Source: Ascoidea asiatica JCM 7603 (taxonomy: Eukaryota; Fungi; Ascomycota). Taken from it: a stretch of 64,000 nucleotides of DNA. Below are positions 63,306 through 64,000 of this stretch, one piece after another. The position numbers were made by a program, and so were the translations under genes. The notes below the pieces were generated by a model, which was given only the letters and a program-made list of their open reading frames with translations, did no database searches and was not told the origin of the DNA. Each line of letters begins with the position of its first letter. Position 1 is the stretch's first letter. The stretch is taken from NCBI GenBank assembly GCA_001600695.1, contig BCKQ01000016.1, positions 174,715 to 238,714 of the forward strand, given 5' to 3'.

Positions 63306-64000
63306 ATGATTTTCTCTAAATTTTTGAGTTCAAAGACTCTAATAACCTCCTTTATTTTAATTAATTCTATCAATGCTAGTCCTATTCCCAAAACTCAAAC
63401 AACAGCCAAAACATGTTCATTAACACCAACTGCAAACTGTGAAACTACTGGAGCCGGTAATTTCCCTGATTTCTCAATCTCATACTCTGATATAACTTAT
63501 GTTTCCGAAAATGAATATGATGTTACCATTAATTTTGCCTCAACTGAATGTGATTTAACTGTCGATGCTATTTCTGAATTAAAATTGCTTAGTTTCAATA
63601 CTGGAAGTGGTTCAACAACTGTCGTTTTATACAGTGATAATAGCAAAGTTTATAAAATAGATGATCCATGTAACTGGTCTTATACTACTACCGTCGGTAC
63701 TTCTTCCTCCGACAGCCTTGCCTGCGTTGAAAATTATCAGATTCAGTATGATTGGTGTCAAAACACTGGACTCCAAGACAAAACTGGTGAATGTGGTTCT
63801 TGGACTTTTGACCACAGCTATGATTTAAACATTGGATGCCAATCAAACAATGAAGCCCCTGCTTATTGCTGGCCATCAACATGTGAAACTTCTACTACTA
63901 GTTCCACTTTAACTTCAAGTTCTTCGAGCTCCTCTAGTTCATCTAGTTCAACTAGTTCAACTACTCCATGTACTACAACTTCTACAACAACAGATAACCA
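63306..64000 (+). CDS. Second Flo11-domain adhesin, paralog of 21320..25522; 3'-truncated by the window edge
   Basis: Hand translation from ATG 63306 is open to the end: MIFSKFLSSKTLITSFILINSINASPIP...PDFSISYSDITYVSENEYDVTINF...DAISELKLLSFNTGSGSTTVVLYSDNSKVYKIDDPCNWSY...SYDLNIGC...PAYCWPSTC, then a Ser/Thr stalk. Confidence 0.93.
   Translation, partial: MIFSKFLSSKTLITSFILINSINASPIPKTQTTAKTCSLTPTANCETTGAGNFPDFSISYSDITYVSENEYDVTINFASTECDLTVDAISELKLLSFNTGSGSTTVVLYSDNSKVYKIDDPCNWSYTTTVGTSSSDSLACVENYQIQYDWCQNTGLQDKTGECGSWTFDHSYDLNIGCQSNNEAPAYCWPSTCETSTTSSTLTSSSSSSSSSSSSTSSTTPCTTTSTTTDN

Overview
Very AT-rich budding-yeast (Saccharomycotina) nuclear DNA. It is eukaryotic: spliceosomal introns and a Pol III tRNA gene are present, and I saw no CRISPR array, rRNA or recognisable transposon. 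The window holds about 20 intact protein genes plus one truncated at the right edge: DCK1, an Asn-rich orphan, STP22, ARO3, RFA2, HSH49, a Flo11-domain GPI adhesin, SWC5, DIM1, NCR1, YSP2/LAM, ARG5,6, GAA1, BRX1, SMC3, a DUF3605 protein, HRT3, a YBR062C-like RING E3, an iRhom-like active rhomboid, TRM7, MRI1, and a second Flo11 paralog. It also has one tRNA-Leu(UAA). The ORF track misses the true spliced starts of SMC3 and the RING E3 (and possibly the DUF3605 gene and ARO3), and the second adhesin at 63306. Best leads: (1) a pair of Flo11A adhesins with a near-identical core, divergent Cys/aromatic loops and multi-kb motif-rich promoters; (2) a head-to-head NCR1/YSP2 sterol-transport pair; (3) rare in-frame CTG codons that align with Ser in some places and Leu in others; (4) a GC-rich island with complete splice signals at the left edge. 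All homology calls come from recalled family motifs; no database search was run.
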